A stretch of 64,000 nt of DNA, from the IMG/VR virus record IMGVR_UViG_3300010429_000387, positions 224,001 to 288,000 of that record. The stretch is one strand, 5' to 3'. The stretch is from a virus (Duplodnaviria > Caudoviricetes). Shown piece after piece: positions 63,895 through 64,000 of the stretch (positions are counted from its first letter, which is position 1; each line of letters starts with the position of its first letter). Under the pieces are notes generated by a model. The model made no database searches. It was not told the origin of the DNA and saw only the letters and a list, made by a program, of their open reading frames with translations. The translations under genes were made by a program, and so were the position numbers.

Positions 63895-63934
63895 CTGAGG
63901 CTAGAGCCTACCAGATGAGAAAGGACCAACACAG

Positions 63935-64000
63935 ATGAAAGAGAGATCCAAGAGCGACCTCCTTGCGGAGCAGTTGCTCACGGCGAAGGAAGCCGAGTTG
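63935..64000 (+). CDS. 3'-truncated ORF (MKERSKSDLLAEQLLTAKEAEL...)
   Basis: AAGGA SD; open to the window end. Confidence 0.5.
   Translation, partial: MKERSKSDLLAEQLLTAKEAEL

Noticed and set aside
1-64000. Alternative genetic code, CRISPR array, tRNA/rRNA, integrase or transposase
   Set aside because: The standard code gives dense, intact genes. I saw no repeat-spacer array, cloverleaf or recombinase motifs by eye; a tRNAscan/Infernal run would be needed to exclude small RNAs.

Overview
This is a gene-dense, almost entirely + strand fragment of a large (jumbo-type) tailed dsDNA phage, read with the standard genetic code. From about 1 to 28.3 kb it is a virion/tail-baseplate block with very large proteins (1900, 2623 and 1539 aa) and internal paralogy. 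From 28.3 to 32.7 kb come holin-like, J-domain, membrane and secreted/outer-membrane-like genes. From 32.7 to 43.2 kb is a replication block: SNF2 helicase, degenerate loader-like protein, intein-containing DnaB, stand-alone primase zinc finger and family A polymerase. From 43.2 to 64 kb are accessory and metabolic genes: a DUF2997/DUF1257/Ycf46-like AAA trio, a HAD nucleotidase, a RecA-like ATPase, ThyA, DHFR, a C-N hydrolase, a zincin, intein-containing ClpX, RNase HII, a MazG-like protein and DUF1848. The main non-obvious signal is two upstream DNA motifs that pair with two peptide tags. An oriented CGGTGTA motif, often 9-12 nt before a start codon (leaderless geometry), heads replication/metabolic genes. 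A weaker T-rich TTYKAT-like element heads structural genes and small gene islands. An N-terminal (I/M)A-x-(R/K/N)V-x-x-R(F/Y/W) tag occurs in T-rich-motif operons, and a C-terminal P(T/S)RF(E/N)R tag occurs in CGGTGTA operons. All family assignments come from motif recognition by eye; no searches were run. I saw no tRNA, rRNA or CRISPR array.
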